Source: Octopus bimaculoides (lineage: Eukaryota). Taken from it: DNA of 64,000 nucleotides. Positions 62,690 through 64,000 of this stretch are shown here, one piece after another (positions within the stretch are counted from its first letter, which is position 1; every line of letters begins with the position of its first letter). Made by a program: the position numbers and the translations under genes. The stretch is taken from NCBI RefSeq assembly GCF_001194135.2, contig NC_068994.1, positions 15,122,216 through 15,186,215 of the forward strand, written 5' to 3'. The notes under the pieces were generated by a model, which ran no database searches, was not told the origin of the DNA, and saw only the letters and a list, made by a program, of their open reading frames with translations.

Positions 62690-62800
62690 TCAATCTACTA
62701 CACACTTCACTAGCAAGGTACTGGTTGGCCAACGGCTGTATTAAAGGATGCTCAAGACACCTTGCAATGGCATCAAAGCCAAGGTTCAAGGTTGCAAAAC
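62690..62800 (-). mobile_element. Degenerate SINE A head fragment
   Basis: cagtttcaatctactac…cactagcaagg..ctggttggcc..ggctgtatt..caagacaccttgcaatggcatcaaagccaagg. Confidence 0.5.
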
Positions 62801-64000
62801 AGACTTGACCAAAACTTGCTGCTGGTAGGATTTACAACTGTACAGCCATAACCTACTGGACTTCAAAGGCTACAACTTAACCACTCAGGCATGGAGTTGG
62901 CCTATTGTTATATTAGCTTTTGGGTATGATAGTCAGCCATGTTCTGTTATTTCCTGAATGGCTTTAGTTAATATCAGTTGGCATGTATATAAAACTGTCA
63001 TATGGCCATTCTGCTGTTTGGAGTAATGTTTTATCTTATTTCTTATATGTTTATATATTTTCTTGGTCTAGTGTCATTGAAAAAATGCTTCACTATATTA
63101 TTTATCAATCATTTTGAAGATATTCTTTATGAACAACTTCTCTTCAAGGAAGATACTTGGCATTTCTTTTGTCTTGATCTTTCTCAAATGTCTTAATATT
63201 GGCTTGATGATTTAACTTGGGTTGTCAAGAAATCAAATGTCACAACTAATTTCAAATGATTCATTTGTACTTCATATGCTGGGATTTTCAGATCATTGGC
63301 TATAAATGGAATTACAATAAGCTAAGTACTTCATACTTTGTTTTCTAAAGAACATATTGTTCCAGTGATTATGACAGCAATAATAATAATAATAATAATA
63401 ATGATGATGATGGTAATAGTAATGTTGTATTAAAAAAAGAGAAAAACAAAGCATTGTTTACATTACTTCCTTTTTTTTTTTTTTTTTTAAAGATGTAAAA
63501 CTCTAATAGATTTGTTTTTACTGTTCTTAATTTTACTTGATGTCAACTATACATGTAAAAAAGTTTATGAAACTATGCAGAAAAAGGTACCAACAGTATC
63601 CATTGATAACAAGATTGATATAAAAAAAAGCAAAAAGAAACTAAATGTTTGATTTTACTGACTGTAAGTAATGCCTCAACATTTATATATATATATATAT
63701 ATATATGGTCCATACATCCGTATTGAAATCTTTCATATCTCAATTATATAGATATTAAGAGTAATTACCCAGAGAAAAATATTCAGCTAAATGGAGACAA
63801 CCTCTAAACCAATAACTATAATCACGAGGGAATTTACTCCAAAGAAAAAGCAAAAATTCAGGGATCTAGTGCAGAAGTTGTTTTTAGCTTGGAAACTTCG
63901 TTATTATCCATGCTGATTTTTCTTTCATTATTTTCTTTAATGTTTATATTATTTATATTATTTACATTTGATGGATATTTGTCTTCATCTTGTTTGTTTT

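Noticed and set aside
54304-64000. REEP exon 4 (WFPFYYExK…)
   Set aside because: No matching codons behind an acceptor were found, so it presumably lies downstream of the window.

Overview
AT-rich, repeat-dense animal DNA on a draft scaffold with six N gaps. The SINE families I recognise and the microsatellite load point to Octopus; this is recognition from memory, not a database result. The only host-gene content I can support is two internal coding exons of a REEP1-4-subfamily gene on the + strand. They lie at 15952-16024 (73 nt, [24 protein letters not shown]) and 54227-54303 (77 nt, [25 protein letters not shown][W]), separated by a 38,202-nt GT-AG intron. I did not find canonical exon 1 or exon 4 in the window. 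The rest is intronic transposon debris: several tRNA-headed SINE families (some tandem or nested), two TTAA-flanked piggyBac-type MITE families, hAT-Charlie and Tc1/mariner MITEs, a decayed hAT transposase, and remnants of CR1/L2-like, RLE-type and Penelope retroelements. Apart from those overlapping the REEP exon and the decayed hAT, LINE and RLE remnants, the ORF-track entries look like noise. I see no clear new biological system. The best leads are a possible alternative REEP N-terminus near a perfect RFX X-box, an inverted MITE dimer that could form an intronic dsRNA editing substrate, and head-to-tail SINE arrays joined by (ATT)n.
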